Assembly: GCA_017446585.1 (NCBI GenBank)
Contig: JAFSQL010000002.1
Span: 29,084-93,083, forward strand
DNA: 64,000 bases
Source: Paludibacteraceae bacterium
GTDB lineage: Bacteria; Bacteroidota; Bacteroidia; Bacteroidales; Paludibacteraceae
Reading direction: 5' to 3'
The stretch's first letter is position 1. Each line of letters starts with the position of its first letter. The position numbers were made by a program, and so were the translations under genes. Below, one piece after another: positions 55,275 through 64,000 of this stretch. The notes below the pieces were generated by a model. It was given only the letters and a program-made list of their open reading frames with translations, was not told where the DNA came from and made no database searches.

Positions 55275-56522
55275 TCAGTCTTGTTCGGAGAAACGCGCGG
55301 GATTGGCTTTCTCAATTTGCCGACGCGCGAGGTCGAGGGTGACGTTGACGGAGGAAGGTCGCGAGGTGGGGGCGGAGAACATGTCGTCCATGATGATGGT
55401 TTCGACGATGGAGCGAAGTCCCCGGGCACCAAGTCGGAATTCGATGGCCTTGTCAACGATGTAGTCAAGCGCTTCGTCATCGAAGGTGAGGTTGACGTGG
55501 TCGATGGCGAAGAGTTTGACGTATTGGCGTATGATGGCGTTTTTAGGTTCCGTAAGGATTCGTCGCAGGGCTTTACGGTCAAGCGGGTCGAGGTAGGTGA
55601 TGACGGGCAGTCGTCCGATGATTTCGGGTATGAGTCCAAACTTGCGGAGGTCTTGCGGCGTGACGTATTGCAGGAGGTGATTGAGGTTGATGTCTTTCTT
55701 GTCTTGGTATGCGTCATAGCCGACAGTGTGCGTGTTGAGACGATGGGCTATTTTAGTATCGATACCCTCGAACGCCCCGGCGCAGATAAAGAGGATGTTG
55801 CGCGTGTCAACGGCTACCATTTGCTGTTCGGGGTGTTTTCGTCCACCTTGCGGCGGGACGTTGACGACAGAACCTTCGAGCAGTTTGAGCAATCCCTGCT
55901 GCACGCCTTCGCCGGAAACGTCGCGTGTGATGGATGGATTGTCACCCTTGCGCGCGATTTTGTCAATTTCGTCGATAAAGACAATGCCTGTCTGTGCGGC
56001 TTGCACGTCATAGTCGGTGACTTGGAGTAATCGCGTCAGCATCGATTCGATGTCTTCGCCCACGTAGCCTGCTTGGGTGAAGACGGTGGCGTCGACGATG
56101 GTGAAGGGCACGTTGAGTCGTCGGGCGATAGTGCGCGCGAGGAGTGTCTTGCCGGTGCCTGTGGAACCGATGAGGAGGATGTTGGACTTTTCGATTTCTA
56201 CATTGTCGTCGTCGGGTTGCAGGAGTCGTTTGTAGTGGTTATAGACGGCGACGGAGAGGTATTTTTTTGCTTCGTCCTGTCCGATGACGTATTGGTCAAG
56301 GTAGTCCTTGATTTGGATGGGGGTGGGCAAGGATTCGGGATCGAGGTGGAATTTGTTGTTTTGCGGCCGTTTGAGGTTGTTGTCAACAATGGAGTTGGCG
56401 GCTGCGACGCAGTCGTCGCAGATGAAGGATCCGGCACCGGAGGAGATGAGGAGTCGCACATCGGAGCGCGGTCTGCCGCAGAAGGAGCAATGGTCGTCTT
56501 GTTGGTTTTTATTTTTTGACAT
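55275..56522 (-). CDS. clpX: ATP-dependent Clp protease ATP-binding subunit ClpX
   Basis: N-terminal zinc finger CSFCGR...CDDC, Walker [18 protein letters not shown]. Confidence 0.95.
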   Translation of the reverse strand: MSKNKNQQDDHCSFCGRPRSDVRLLISSGAGSFICDDCVAAANSIVDNNLKRPQNNKFHLDPESLPTPIQIKDYLDQYVIGQDEAKKYLSVAVYNHYKRLLQPDDDNVEIEKSNILLIGSTGTGKTLLARTIARRLNVPFTIVDATVFTQAGYVGEDIESMLTRLLQVTDYDVQAAQTGIVFIDEIDKIARKGDNPSITRDVSGEGVQQGLLKLLEGSVVNVPPQGGRKHPEQQMVAVDTRNILFICAGAFEGIDTKIAHRLNTHTVGYDAYQDKKDINLNHLLQYVTPQDLRKFGLIPEIIGRLPVITYLDPLDRKALRRILTEPKNAIIRQYVKLFAIDHVNLTFDDEALDYIVDKAIEFRLGARGLRSIVETIIMDDMFSAPTSRPSSVNVTLDLARRQIEKANPARFSEQD

Positions 56523-56542
56523 AAGTCGTGTGAAGCGGTTTT

Positions 56543-57220
56543 TTATTGTTTTTGGTCACGGATGAGGATTTGGTCAATCATGCCGTACTGTTTGGCTTCG
56601 GCGGCGGTCATCCAATAGTCGCGGTCGCTGTCGGCATAGACTTGTTCATACGGTTTGCCGCTATGTTCCGAAATGATTCTATAAAGTTCCTCCTTGAGTT
56701 TTTGAATTTCACGCGCTGTAATTTCGATGTCCGACGCTTGTCCTTGCACGCCGCCCATTGGCTGGTGTATCATGACACGCGAGTGAGGGAGTGCGCTTCG
56801 TTTCCCCTTGGCACCGGAAACGAGGAGAACGGAAGCCATCGAGGCGGCAAGCCCGGTGCAGATGGTGGAGACAGGGCACGACACGTATTGCATCGTGTCG
56901 TAGATGCCAAGTCCCGCATAGACGGAACCGCCAGGCGAGTTGATGTAGAGTGATATTGGTTTGCCCGGGTCGGCGGAGTCAAGATAAAGGAGTTGGGCTT
57001 GAATCACATTGGCGGCGTAGTCGTCAATCTCGGAGCCGAGGAAGATGATGCGATCCATCATGAGTCGCGAGAAGACGTCCATTTGCGAAACGTTCAGTTG
57101 GCGTTCTTCAAGAATGGTCGGAGAGACATAACTATTGGAAATGGTTGCCGTGTATTGGTCAAGCGCATTAGCGTTAATCCCCAACTTGCTCGTGGCAAAC
57201 TTTTTGAAATCGTTGTTCAT
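56543..57220 (-). CDS. clpP: ATP-dependent Clp protease proteolytic subunit ClpP
   Basis: INSPGGSV and GLAASMAS (catalytic Ser), MIHQP (His). Confidence 0.95.
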   Translation of the reverse strand: MNNDFKKFATSKLGINANALDQYTATISNSYVSPTILEERQLNVSQMDVFSRLMMDRIIFLGSEIDDYAANVIQAQLLYLDSADPGKPISLYINSPGGSVYAGLGIYDTMQYVSCPVSTICTGLAASMASVLLVSGAKGKRSALPHSRVMIHQPMGGVQGQASDIEITAREIQKLKEELYRIISEHSGKPYEQVYADSDRDYWMTAAEAKQYGMIDQILIRDQKQ

Positions 57221-57267
57221 AAGATTTTTTACTTTGAATAATTTGCTTCAACAAATATAGAGTTTTT

Positions 57268-58485
57268 TCAGAGATTGACGATATTGAACCCTGCGGACCG
57301 CAAATCGTCCCAGAAGAAAGGATAACTCTTCGTAACGACATGCGGTTCACGAATGCGAATCTCACCATCAACGAGACATACGGGAGCGAATGAGAGTGCC
57401 ATGCGATGATCATGATAAGTGTCAATAACCGCTTCCTTTGAATCGAAATCCTCCCGCTCGCCATCGAAAGTGACAACGCCATGACTTGGTTCCTCAATGT
57501 GAAAACCAAGTTTGCTCAGTTCCTTCTGCAAAGCCTGAACCCGATCGGTCTCCTTGATATGCAACGATTGCAAACCCTCAATACGAAAAGGGACACGCAA
57601 CAGACAAGCCGTGACAATGACAGTTTGCGCCATGTCGGGCATATCAACAAGATTGAGCGACAAAGGTTTTCTGAGGGACAGTTGCGAGAACACGTCAACA
57701 ATGTGACTGTCACCCTGAAGGCTGGGCTCCCTTAGTCCTATGAGTTCAACCTCAGCATTCCCCCTACCCTTTTGCTTCCAGAGTTCGCAAATTTGATACC
57801 AATAACTGGCGGCACTCCAATCCGCCTCAACTGTGTATTGATGAGGAAGAATCCTTTGATGTTCAATCGTTATGAGATTGTCCTGGAAAGAAGATTGCAC
57901 TCCCCATTGCGAAAGCATCGAGAGTGTCATGTTGATATAAGGTCTGGAAATGACATCGCCTTTCAAACGCAGTCGAAGCCCGATCGGAAAGGTTGGGGCT
58001 ATCATCAACAAGGCGGAGACATATTGGCTCGAAACCGTGCTGTCCAATTTCAACTCGCCTCCCGCAAGCCGCTTGCCACTGATAAGCAGAGGCGGGAAAC
58101 CCTCCTCGCCTTCATATTGAATATCCGCCCCCAACTCCCTGAGAGCGTTGACAAGGGGGGCTATCGGACGCTGCTTCATTCGCTCACTTCCAGTCAACAA
58201 ACATTGCCTTTCGACAGCGCATGACAAGAAAGCCGTCAGAAAACGCATCGAGGTACCTGCCGCTCCCACATCAATGGTCACGGGATTCTCGTCCGTCCTC
58301 CTCAACGTGTCGAACGCCCGCAGCATGACAGCCGTGTCGTCACAATCGCTAAGCCTGTCCAGACTTTCCTTGCTTCCGCCCGACAAAGCGTTCAGAATCA
58401 ACGCTCGATTGCTGATACTCTTGCTTGACGGCAACGCTACCTTGCATTTCAGCGTCGAGGGTGGTGTTATAAGTATAGTCTCCAT
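57268..58485 (-). CDS. aroA: 3-phosphoshikimate 1-carboxyvinyltransferase (EPSP synthase)
   Basis: LPSSKSISNRALIL, GAAGTSMRFL and other EPSPS blocks. Start set at ATG 58485. Confidence 0.95.
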   Translation of the reverse strand: METILITPPSTLKCKVALPSSKSISNRALILNALSGGSKESLDRLSDCDDTAVMLRAFDTLRRTDENPVTIDVGAAGTSMRFLTAFLSCAVERQCLLTGSERMKQRPIAPLVNALRELGADIQYEGEEGFPPLLISGKRLAGGELKLDSTVSSQYVSALLMIAPTFPIGLRLRLKGDVISRPYINMTLSMLSQWGVQSSFQDNLITIEHQRILPHQYTVEADWSAASYWYQICELWKQKGRGNAEVELIGLREPSLQGDSHIVDVFSQLSLRKPLSLNLVDMPDMAQTVIVTACLLRVPFRIEGLQSLHIKETDRVQALQKELSKLGFHIEEPSHGVVTFDGEREDFDSKEAVIDTYHDHRMALSFAPVCLVDGEIRIREPHVVTKSYPFFWDDLRSAGFNIVNL

Positions 58486-58541
58486 AAGAAAAAGTTCTAC
58501 AAAGATAAGCAAATCTTGACTTGCAAAAAGCCCTACCCTTC

Positions 58542-60587
58542 TTAATCGGGATCAACATCAATCGTGACACGCAAACCGCGGGCGTAAGGCAACTCCTCAA
58601 GTCGTTCCGCCACCCCTAGTACGTATTGCTTCGCCTTGCGAAGATTTCCCTCACGTTCAATCTTCAACGTCACCTTGCGCGCATATTGTCTTCCGATGCG
58701 TGAAACGGGTGGATTGTCCGGTCCCAACACGTTTTCCCCATACTCCTTTCGTAATTCTGTCGCCAGCGTCGATGCCGCGTGGAAACAAACGTCCATGTCT
58801 GAATGACGGATAAGGATATCTATCAACCGAACGAAGGGAGGAAAACGGAAAATCCGCCTTTCCTCAAGTTCCTTTCCATACATCGATTGGCAATCAGATG
58901 ACGTTATCAACCTGATGACATCTAACTCTGGCGAAAACGTCTGAAGAATCACCTTGCCACGACCGCCATGCCGCCCCACCCTGCCAATGGCTTGCAACAG
59001 CAAGTCAAAAGCCCGTTCCGTCGAACGGTAGTTAGGATATGAAAGCAGATTGTCAGCGTTCAACACGCCCACCAAATGTGCGTCACGCATGTCCAACCCC
59101 TTCGTCACCATCTGCGTGCCCACAAGCACATCCACCTCATGCGCCTCGAAATCCTTAAGAATTTTTTCCGTCTCGCATTGAGACTGCGTCGAGTCTGAAT
59201 CCAGACGGGCTATGCGAGCGGACGGGAACAATTTTCGCAACCCCTCCTCCACCCTCTCCGTTCCGAAACCAACGGGTTTGAAACGCTTGCTACCACACTG
59301 CGGGCAAACGTCAGGAACCTCATAGTTACTTCCGCAATAGTGACACGTCAGCACACCTTGACGCTTATGCAAAGAGAGACTCACGTCACACTTCCCGCAA
59401 CGGGGCGTATAGCCACAGTCAGGACACTGCATATAAGGAGCATACCCCCTCCTGTTTTGGAATAGAATCACCTGCTCACCATGCGCCAGAGTTTCCGCCA
59501 TCTCCTCGACCAGTCGCATTGAGAACAGCCCCTCCAACGTCTTCCGCTTCACCTCCTGCCGCATGTCAACCACCTCCACTTCCGGCAGTGCTACCTTGCC
59601 ATAACGCTCATCAAGACGAGCCAAGCCATACTTCCCCCTCTTCACGTTGAACATTGACTCCACGCTCGGCGTCGCGCTTCCTAAAAGCACATGCGCTCCT
59701 GTGCGTTCACCCAACGCCACCGCCATGTCGCGCGCTTGATAACGTGGGGCGGGTTCCTCCTGCTTGTAACTCTGGTCATGTTCCTCATCCACCACCACCA
59801 TTCGCAAATCAGCGAACGGAAGCAACACCGATGACCTCACCCCCATCACCACGCACTTCGCATTCCCCCTCACCGCTTCAAAAACCTCCTTCCTCTCCTT
59901 GTCCGTCATCTTGCTGTGATAGACCAACAATCCGTCTCCCAACCACTGTCGTAATCGACCTGTCAGATGCGTCGTCAACGCTATTTCGGGAACCAGCAAC
60001 AACGCCTGACCGCCGTCCTTCACCGCCTCTGTTATGACGTGAGCGTAAATCGCCGTCTTCCCGCTCCCCGTCACACCGTGCAGCAACACCGTGTTCCTCG
60101 TCCTCCACCCTTCCTTCACCTCTTCGTATGCCGCCCTCTGCCGCCCTGTCAAGTCAGGCATGCTCTGCTTCTCTGCCACCTGCCGTTCATTGCTCAAACG
60201 AATTTGCAACCCGCCTGTCCGCCTGACAGACCTTGACGACTGCTTGCGCAACGCCGCCGGAACCGCCGCCACATACACCTCCCCAATGCCGCAGGCGTAA
60301 TAATCCGCCACCCACCGGTACCATTCGAGAGTTTCTTTCCCTACCAATGGCTCCTTGTCCACAACCTCAAGAATAGGCTTCAAGTCGGAAGTGCTTATTT
60401 CCTCGTCGCCTACGGTTAACCTCTCATCGTGGGCAACCGCCTCCACCAAACCCACATAGCGACGCGTAACCACCTCCACCACCACTCTGCACCCTACCTT
60501 CACGACCATTCCTGACGGAACGGCATACGTCAGCACGCCCCGCCTCCTCGTCCTTGTCAACAAAGGAAGAATGACATCCGCTCTCAA
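58542..60587 (-). CDS. priA: Primosomal replication restart helicase PriA
   Basis: Walker A GVTGSGKT, DEEHD, and a Cys-rich zinc insertion CPDCGY..CGKC...CHYCG...CPQCGS. TTG start. Confidence 0.9.
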   Translation of the reverse strand: MRADVILPLLTRTRRRGVLTYAVPSGMVVKVGCRVVVEVVTRRYVGLVEAVAHDERLTVGDEEISTSDLKPILEVVDKEPLVGKETLEWYRWVADYYACGIGEVYVAAVPAALRKQSSRSVRRTGGLQIRLSNERQVAEKQSMPDLTGRQRAAYEEVKEGWRTRNTVLLHGVTGSGKTAIYAHVITEAVKDGGQALLLVPEIALTTHLTGRLRQWLGDGLLVYHSKMTDKERKEVFEAVRGNAKCVVMGVRSSVLLPFADLRMVVVDEEHDQSYKQEEPAPRYQARDMAVALGERTGAHVLLGSATPSVESMFNVKRGKYGLARLDERYGKVALPEVEVVDMRQEVKRKTLEGLFSMRLVEEMAETLAHGEQVILFQNRRGYAPYMQCPDCGYTPRCGKCDVSLSLHKRQGVLTCHYCGSNYEVPDVCPQCGSKRFKPVGFGTERVEEGLRKLFPSARIARLDSDSTQSQCETEKILKDFEAHEVDVLVGTQMVTKGLDMRDAHLVGVLNADNLLSYPNYRSTERAFDLLLQAIGRVGRHGGRGKVILQTFSPELDVIRLITSSDCQSMYGKELEERRIFRFPPFVRLIDILIRHSDMDVCFHAASTLATELRKEYGENVLGPDNPPVSRIGRQYARKVTLKIEREGNLRKAKQYVLGVAERLEELPYARGLRVTIDVDPD

Positions 60588-60620
60588 CTCCTGATTCTTG
60601 AATCTTATTCTTTTTTACTC

Positions 60621-61160
60621 TTAGCTTCCTCCCGCCTTCCTTGGCGTTGCCGTGCGCTTCACCGCGCCACCGCGTGTCGCCTTAGCCGCTTTCTGCTCTC
60701 GGGCTGCCGATGCCTTTTTCACAGGTTCGTTCGTCGCTACCGCTGCGGCGTCAGAACCTTGCTCGCCTTCCGTGTCAACGGAGAAATCAGTCACCCCGTC
60801 TTCAATAAGAATATTATACCATTGAATCACCTTCTTAATGTCAGACGCGTGAACCCTATCACGATCGAACGTAGGAACCACAGTGCCAAAAAACTCAAAC
60901 AAGGCGTTAGAGTTCTTCAAGTCAACCGATACGACCTTGTTGTCACTCTTCTTCGCCATTTCTTGGAACACCGTTGGCAATGGCATTTCCTCTCCCTCCG
61001 TATAAATCGCCACGTCAGCGAGTGAAACTACCTTGTCGTTTGCCAAAGCCGCCGTGCGCGTCTTGTCTGCTATCGACTCCACAATAAGCATGTTACGTCC
61101 GCGGGAAACCAAACGAAAAAGACCGCTTTTACCCGCAATGGAGAGCACTCCGTTAATCAT
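60621..61160 (-). CDS. DUF5606-like protein with Lys/Ala/Arg-rich basic C-terminal tail
   Basis: N-terminal LSIAGKSGLFRLVSRGRNMLIVESI... recalled from DUF5606 proteins of Bacteroidota. The tail KKASAAREQKAAKATRGGAVKRTATPRKAGGS is histone-H1-like. Confidence 0.5.
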   Translation of the reverse strand: MINGVLSIAGKSGLFRLVSRGRNMLIVESIADKTRTAALANDKVVSLADVAIYTEGEEMPLPTVFQEMAKKSDNKVVSVDLKNSNALFEFFGTVVPTFDRDRVHASDIKKVIQWYNILIEDGVTDFSVDTEGEQGSDAAAVATNEPVKKASAAREQKAAKATRGGAVKRTATPRKAGGS

Positions 61161-61225
61161 GAAATGAATGTTTTAGTAAAAGTTATAGTTACAACTGTGT
61201 ATTATACGCGAAAGTAATAATTGTT

Positions 61226-61233
61226 TATCTTTG
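61226..61233 (+). promoter_or_regulatory. -7 promoter box (TAtcTTTG)
   Basis: TAnnTTTG match 35 nt upstream of ATG 61269. Confidence 0.45.
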
Positions 61234-61268
61234 CAAAACATAGGTTTTTAATTTTTTTATTTCTGCTT

Positions 61269-61907
61269 ATGAGAGTTTTTGCGATTATATTGTTGATGGG
61301 ATGTTTGAGCATGGGGGCATGGTGTCAGGACGTGTTGGTGACGCGTGACGGTGTGCGGCATGACGGTTTTGTGACGGAGGAGAATAAAGACCATGTGACG
61401 CTGCGGATGCGCAGTGAGGACGGGTCAGTGAGGGACACGACGATAGTGAGGAGTGAGATATATGACTTGCAGTTCGGTGTGACGGAGGAAGGGCGGAGCG
61501 CGGAAGAGATGGACAACCGCACAGCGGTGAGCGCAGGATTGTGGGTGGCAGGAAGCAGCGTGGCGGGTGTTGAGTTGGAGCGGATGTTGGGCAGCAGATG
61601 GTCGGTGATGGCTGGTGCGGGCGTGGCTGGCGCAAGCGCGGGCGTGGGTTGTCACTTCCAACGGACGGTGAACAGCGGAATGGTGGCGGCGCGTTGGTGG
61701 ATGAACGGTTTTGGGGACGTGAACAATGTGTTGGGAATGCAGTATATGGCGGTGGGAGGAAGCGTGACATTGAGGGCGAAGCATGGCGGATGGTTTGGCG
61801 AGGTAGGCGTGGGCGGCATCGTGAAGAGGGGACCAACAGTGAGCGGATGGAACGATAAGGTGCCTGTATGCGTGCGGTTGAGTGGCGGTTGGTATTGGGG
61901 ATTTTGA
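61269..61907 (+). CDS. Hypothetical small outer-membrane beta-barrel-like protein
   Basis: Signal peptide MRVFAIILLMGCLSMGAWCQ. Gly/aromatic-rich C-terminal half ending ...GGWYWGF (terminal Phe). Confidence 0.5.
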   Translation: MRVFAIILLMGCLSMGAWCQDVLVTRDGVRHDGFVTEENKDHVTLRMRSEDGSVRDTTIVRSEIYDLQFGVTEEGRSAEEMDNRTAVSAGLWVAGSSVAGVELERMLGSRWSVMAGAGVAGASAGVGCHFQRTVNSGMVAARWWMNGFGDVNNVLGMQYMAVGGSVTLRAKHGGWFGEVGVGGIVKRGPTVSGWNDKVPVCVRLSGGWYWGF

Positions 61908-61958
61908 GGAATGAACAATGAAGAATGAAGAATGAACAATTAAAAAGATAAGAGTATT

Positions 61959-62678
61959 ATGAAGATTGCATTGATTGGTTACGGCAAGATGGGGAAGATG
62001 ATAGAGCGCATGGCGACGGAGAGGGGTCACGAGGTGGTGGCTCGGATAGACGTGGATAACAGGGAGGAATTGCACGGCGCGGCGTTGCGTAGCGCGGACG
62101 TTGCGATAGAGTTCACGATGCCGGGTAGTGCGGCTGAGAACGTGCGGGCGTGCATGGCGGCAGGTGTTCCGGTGGTGAGCGGTACGACAGGTTGGGGCGA
62201 TGAGTTGGAGGTTGTGAAGAAAGAGGCGGAAGAGAAGGGTTGCGGAGTGTGTTGGTCGTCGAATTTCAGTGTGGGTGTGAATATTTTTTTCGCTTTGAAC
62301 AGTTGGTTGGCAAGGGTGATGAACGGTTTCGGGATGTATGACGTGGAGATGGAGGAGACGCATCACGTGCACAAGAAGGACGCGCCGTCAGGAACGGCGA
62401 TTACGATAGCGGAGAAGATTGAGGAGGGTTTGGAGCGGAAGTCGCATTGGTGTCTGGATGAGTCGGACGGTGCGAATTGCATCAAGATAAAGGCGAAACG
62501 CGAGGGTGAGGTGCCTGGGATTCACACGGTGAAGTATGAGAGCGAGGCTGACAAAATTGTGTTGACGCACGAGGCGAAGGGACGAGAGGGTTTCGCAATG
62601 GGTGCTGTGCTGGCGGCGGAGTTCATGGTTGGGAAGAAAGGTTTCTATACGACAGCGGACGTGTTCAAGATTAGTTAA
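61959..62678 (+). CDS. dapB: 4-hydroxy-tetrahydrodipicolinate reductase
   Basis: MKIALIGYGKMG (Rossmann), ETHHVHKKDAPSGTA motif. Confidence 0.95.
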   Translation: MKIALIGYGKMGKMIERMATERGHEVVARIDVDNREELHGAALRSADVAIEFTMPGSAAENVRACMAAGVPVVSGTTGWGDELEVVKKEAEEKGCGVCWSSNFSVGVNIFFALNSWLARVMNGFGMYDVEMEETHHVHKKDAPSGTAITIAEKIEEGLERKSHWCLDESDGANCIKIKAKREGEVPGIHTVKYESEADKIVLTHEAKGREGFAMGAVLAAEFMVGKKGFYTTADVFKIS

Positions 62679-62707
62679 GAGTCAAGATTTAAGATTTGGT
62701 CGTGGTC

Positions 62708-64000
62708 ATGAGAAGGATCTGGGAGAAGGCGAAGGGTAACGCCCGAAGCGCTGGTTTGAAGCGTTGGTTGATGGCGGTGGCGTGGAGCGCAGTGGTGGTG
62801 TGGATGACGGTGTGGATGAGCAATGGTTGGCTGCTCTTGCTACTGCTGTTGGTGGCGGACGTGGAGTTGACGCGCATAGTGCCGTGGAGCGGTTGGCGCA
62901 GGGTGAAAAACAAGTGGCTGAAGACGGTGCTGGACTGGGCGGACGCGGTAGTGTTCGCGTTGGTGGCGGTATATTTCATCAATTTGTATTTGTTTCAGAA
63001 TTTTCAGATTCCGTCGTCGTCGATGGAGGGTACGTTGCTGGTGGGCGATCACTTGCTGGTGAGCAAGTTGAGTTACGGTCCGAGGACTCCGGTGACTCCG
63101 TTGTCGCTGCCGTTGATGCAGCACACGATTCCGGGGACGAGTGTTCCGAGTTTCTGGGACGGCGTGCAGTGGAAGAGCCGAAGGCTGAGAGGCTTCGGGA
63201 ATGTAGAGAGGGGCGACATCGTGGTGTTTAACTTTCCTGCTGGTGACACGGTGTGTCGAGCGATGGAGGCTGTGAATTATGAGTCGCTGTGTTTCGAGGC
63301 TGGCGAGAGGCTGGCGGAGAGCGCGGGCGTGGACATTGAGAAGGCATGGAGAGAGGGCGAGGACGTGAGGAGTTGGTGTTTGGAAGCTGGCAGGAGCGTG
63401 GTGAGGGGTGACAAGCGGTATGGCGAGATTGTGTACAGGCCAGTGGACAGGAGGGAGAATTACATCAAGCGATGCGTTGGCGTGGCTGGTGACACGATAG
63501 AGGTGAAGGACGGCAAGTTGGTGGTGAACGGTAAGGTGCAGGAGCCGCTGGAGGAGGAGCAAGCGATGAGGGAGGTGCGTTCGAGGCGTGTGTTGACACG
63601 GAGGTGGCTGACGGGCGTGGCTGGTTTCAGCGCGGAGCAGGTGGAGCGGTCGCACTTGGGCGAGGATGAGGATGGACGTCAGGTGTATCTGATAGCGATG
63701 AGCGAGGGCAAGGCGCGTTGGATGCGCGAGCAAGCGGGCGTGGAGAGCGTGGAGCGTCATAATCTGAGCGAATATTTGAGCCGAAAGGAGCGTTTGTTTC
63801 CTGTTGGGTACAATTTGGACTGGACGGTGGACAATTACGGTCCGATATACATTCCGAAGCGCGGTGACAAGTTGAAGGTGACGCGCGAGAATTTGCCGTT
63901 GTATGAGCGTCTGATCAGGAATTACGAGGGGAATGAGTTGCGCGTGGAGGGGGATGATGTGTTGATAAACGGTGAGAAGGCGACGGAGTATGAGGTGAAA
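62708..64000 (+). CDS. lepB: Signal peptidase I (S26), 3' end cut by the window edge
   Basis: This frame is absent from the ORF track because no stop falls in the window. Translation from ATG 62708 gives a TM anchor, then IPSSSMEGTLLVGDHLLVSKLSYGPR (catalytic Ser box), GDIVVFNFP and ENYIKRCVGVAGD (Lys box). Confidence 0.85.
   Translation, partial: MRRIWEKAKGNARSAGLKRWLMAVAWSAVVVWMTVWMSNGWLLLLLLLVADVELTRIVPWSGWRRVKNKWLKTVLDWADAVVFALVAVYFINLYLFQNFQIPSSSMEGTLLVGDHLLVSKLSYGPRTPVTPLSLPLMQHTIPGTSVPSFWDGVQWKSRRLRGFGNVERGDIVVFNFPAGDTVCRAMEAVNYESLCFEAGERLAESAGVDIEKAWREGEDVRSWCLEAGRSVVRGDKRYGEIVYRPVDRRENYIKRCVGVAGDTIEVKDGKLVVNGKVQEPLEEEQAMREVRSRRVLTRRWLTGVAGFSAEQVERSHLGEDEDGRQVYLIAMSEGKARWMREQAGVESVERHNLSEYLSRKERLFPVGYNLDWTVDNYGPIYIPKRGDKLKVTRENLPLYERLIRNYEGNELRVEGDDVLINGEKATEYEVK

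Noticed and set aside
55281-56030. 249-aa plus-strand ORF (also 56073-56519)
   Set aside because: Antisense to clpX. Asp/Gly/Val-rich shadow ORFs.
61425-62372. 315-aa minus-strand ORF. Similar H/P/R/T-rich ORFs lie at 62840-63760, 38408-39142, 38653-39351 and 61285-61836.
   Set aside because: They are antisense to strongly G3-rich genes (dapB, lepB, GH3 fusion, 61269 ORF). Stop codons are depleted on the opposite strand by the codon bias, and the proteins are low-complexity His/Pro/Arg strings.
62764-63231. 155-aa plus-strand ORF from the track
   Set aside because: Wrong frame. The real gene is lepB in the frame starting at ATG 62708, which has the S26 Ser and Lys boxes. It is missing from the track only because it has no stop within the window.
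1-64000. CRISPR arrays, rRNA operons, IS elements, integrases, prophage genes
   Set aside because: I scanned the spacers and the ORF list. I saw no regularly spaced 25-40-bp direct repeats with unique spacers, no transposase or integrase-like ORFs, and no rRNA-like sequence.

Overview
About 64 kb of a Bacteroidota chromosome, probably Bacteroidales and Prevotella-like. Supporting signs: T9SS cargo, TAnnTTTG -7 promoter boxes, PPi-dependent PFK, murA-DUF4290 synteny, roughly 50 % GC by eye. Most of the window is densely packed housekeeping: cca, menA-like, aroC, kdsA, rpsA, glgB, rarA, pfp, lptD-like, murA, tsaB, yicC, recQ, clpXP, aroA, priA, dapB and lepB. It also holds one tRNA-Ser(CGA), two pectin-active enzymes, and a T9SS type-B adhesin / PorP-SprF / PD40-repeat triad. 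The clear accessory region is an 8.7-kb type I restriction-modification locus (43.9-52.6 kb, minus strand) between a BamA/TamA-family OMP gene and recQ. Its hsdR, hsdS and hsdM genes are separated by two AT-rich two-gene cargo modules. The first is an unrecognisable 325-aa soluble protein translationally coupled to a 197-aa four-TM protein. The second is a SatD-like (cyclase-fold-like N-terminus plus C-terminal HTH) protein followed by a multi-TM DUF3307 protein. Each module has its own palindromic or phased-repeat control region. I regard these two pairs as the best candidates for an undescribed defence system; all functional claims about them are inference. Other observations are a sign switch in synonymous-site G/C strand bias near 25-29 kb, a 4-kb block with inverted bias (57.3-61.2 kb), and a recurring AAGAAT-type intergenic motif. 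No CRISPR array, rRNA, integrase or transposase was seen.
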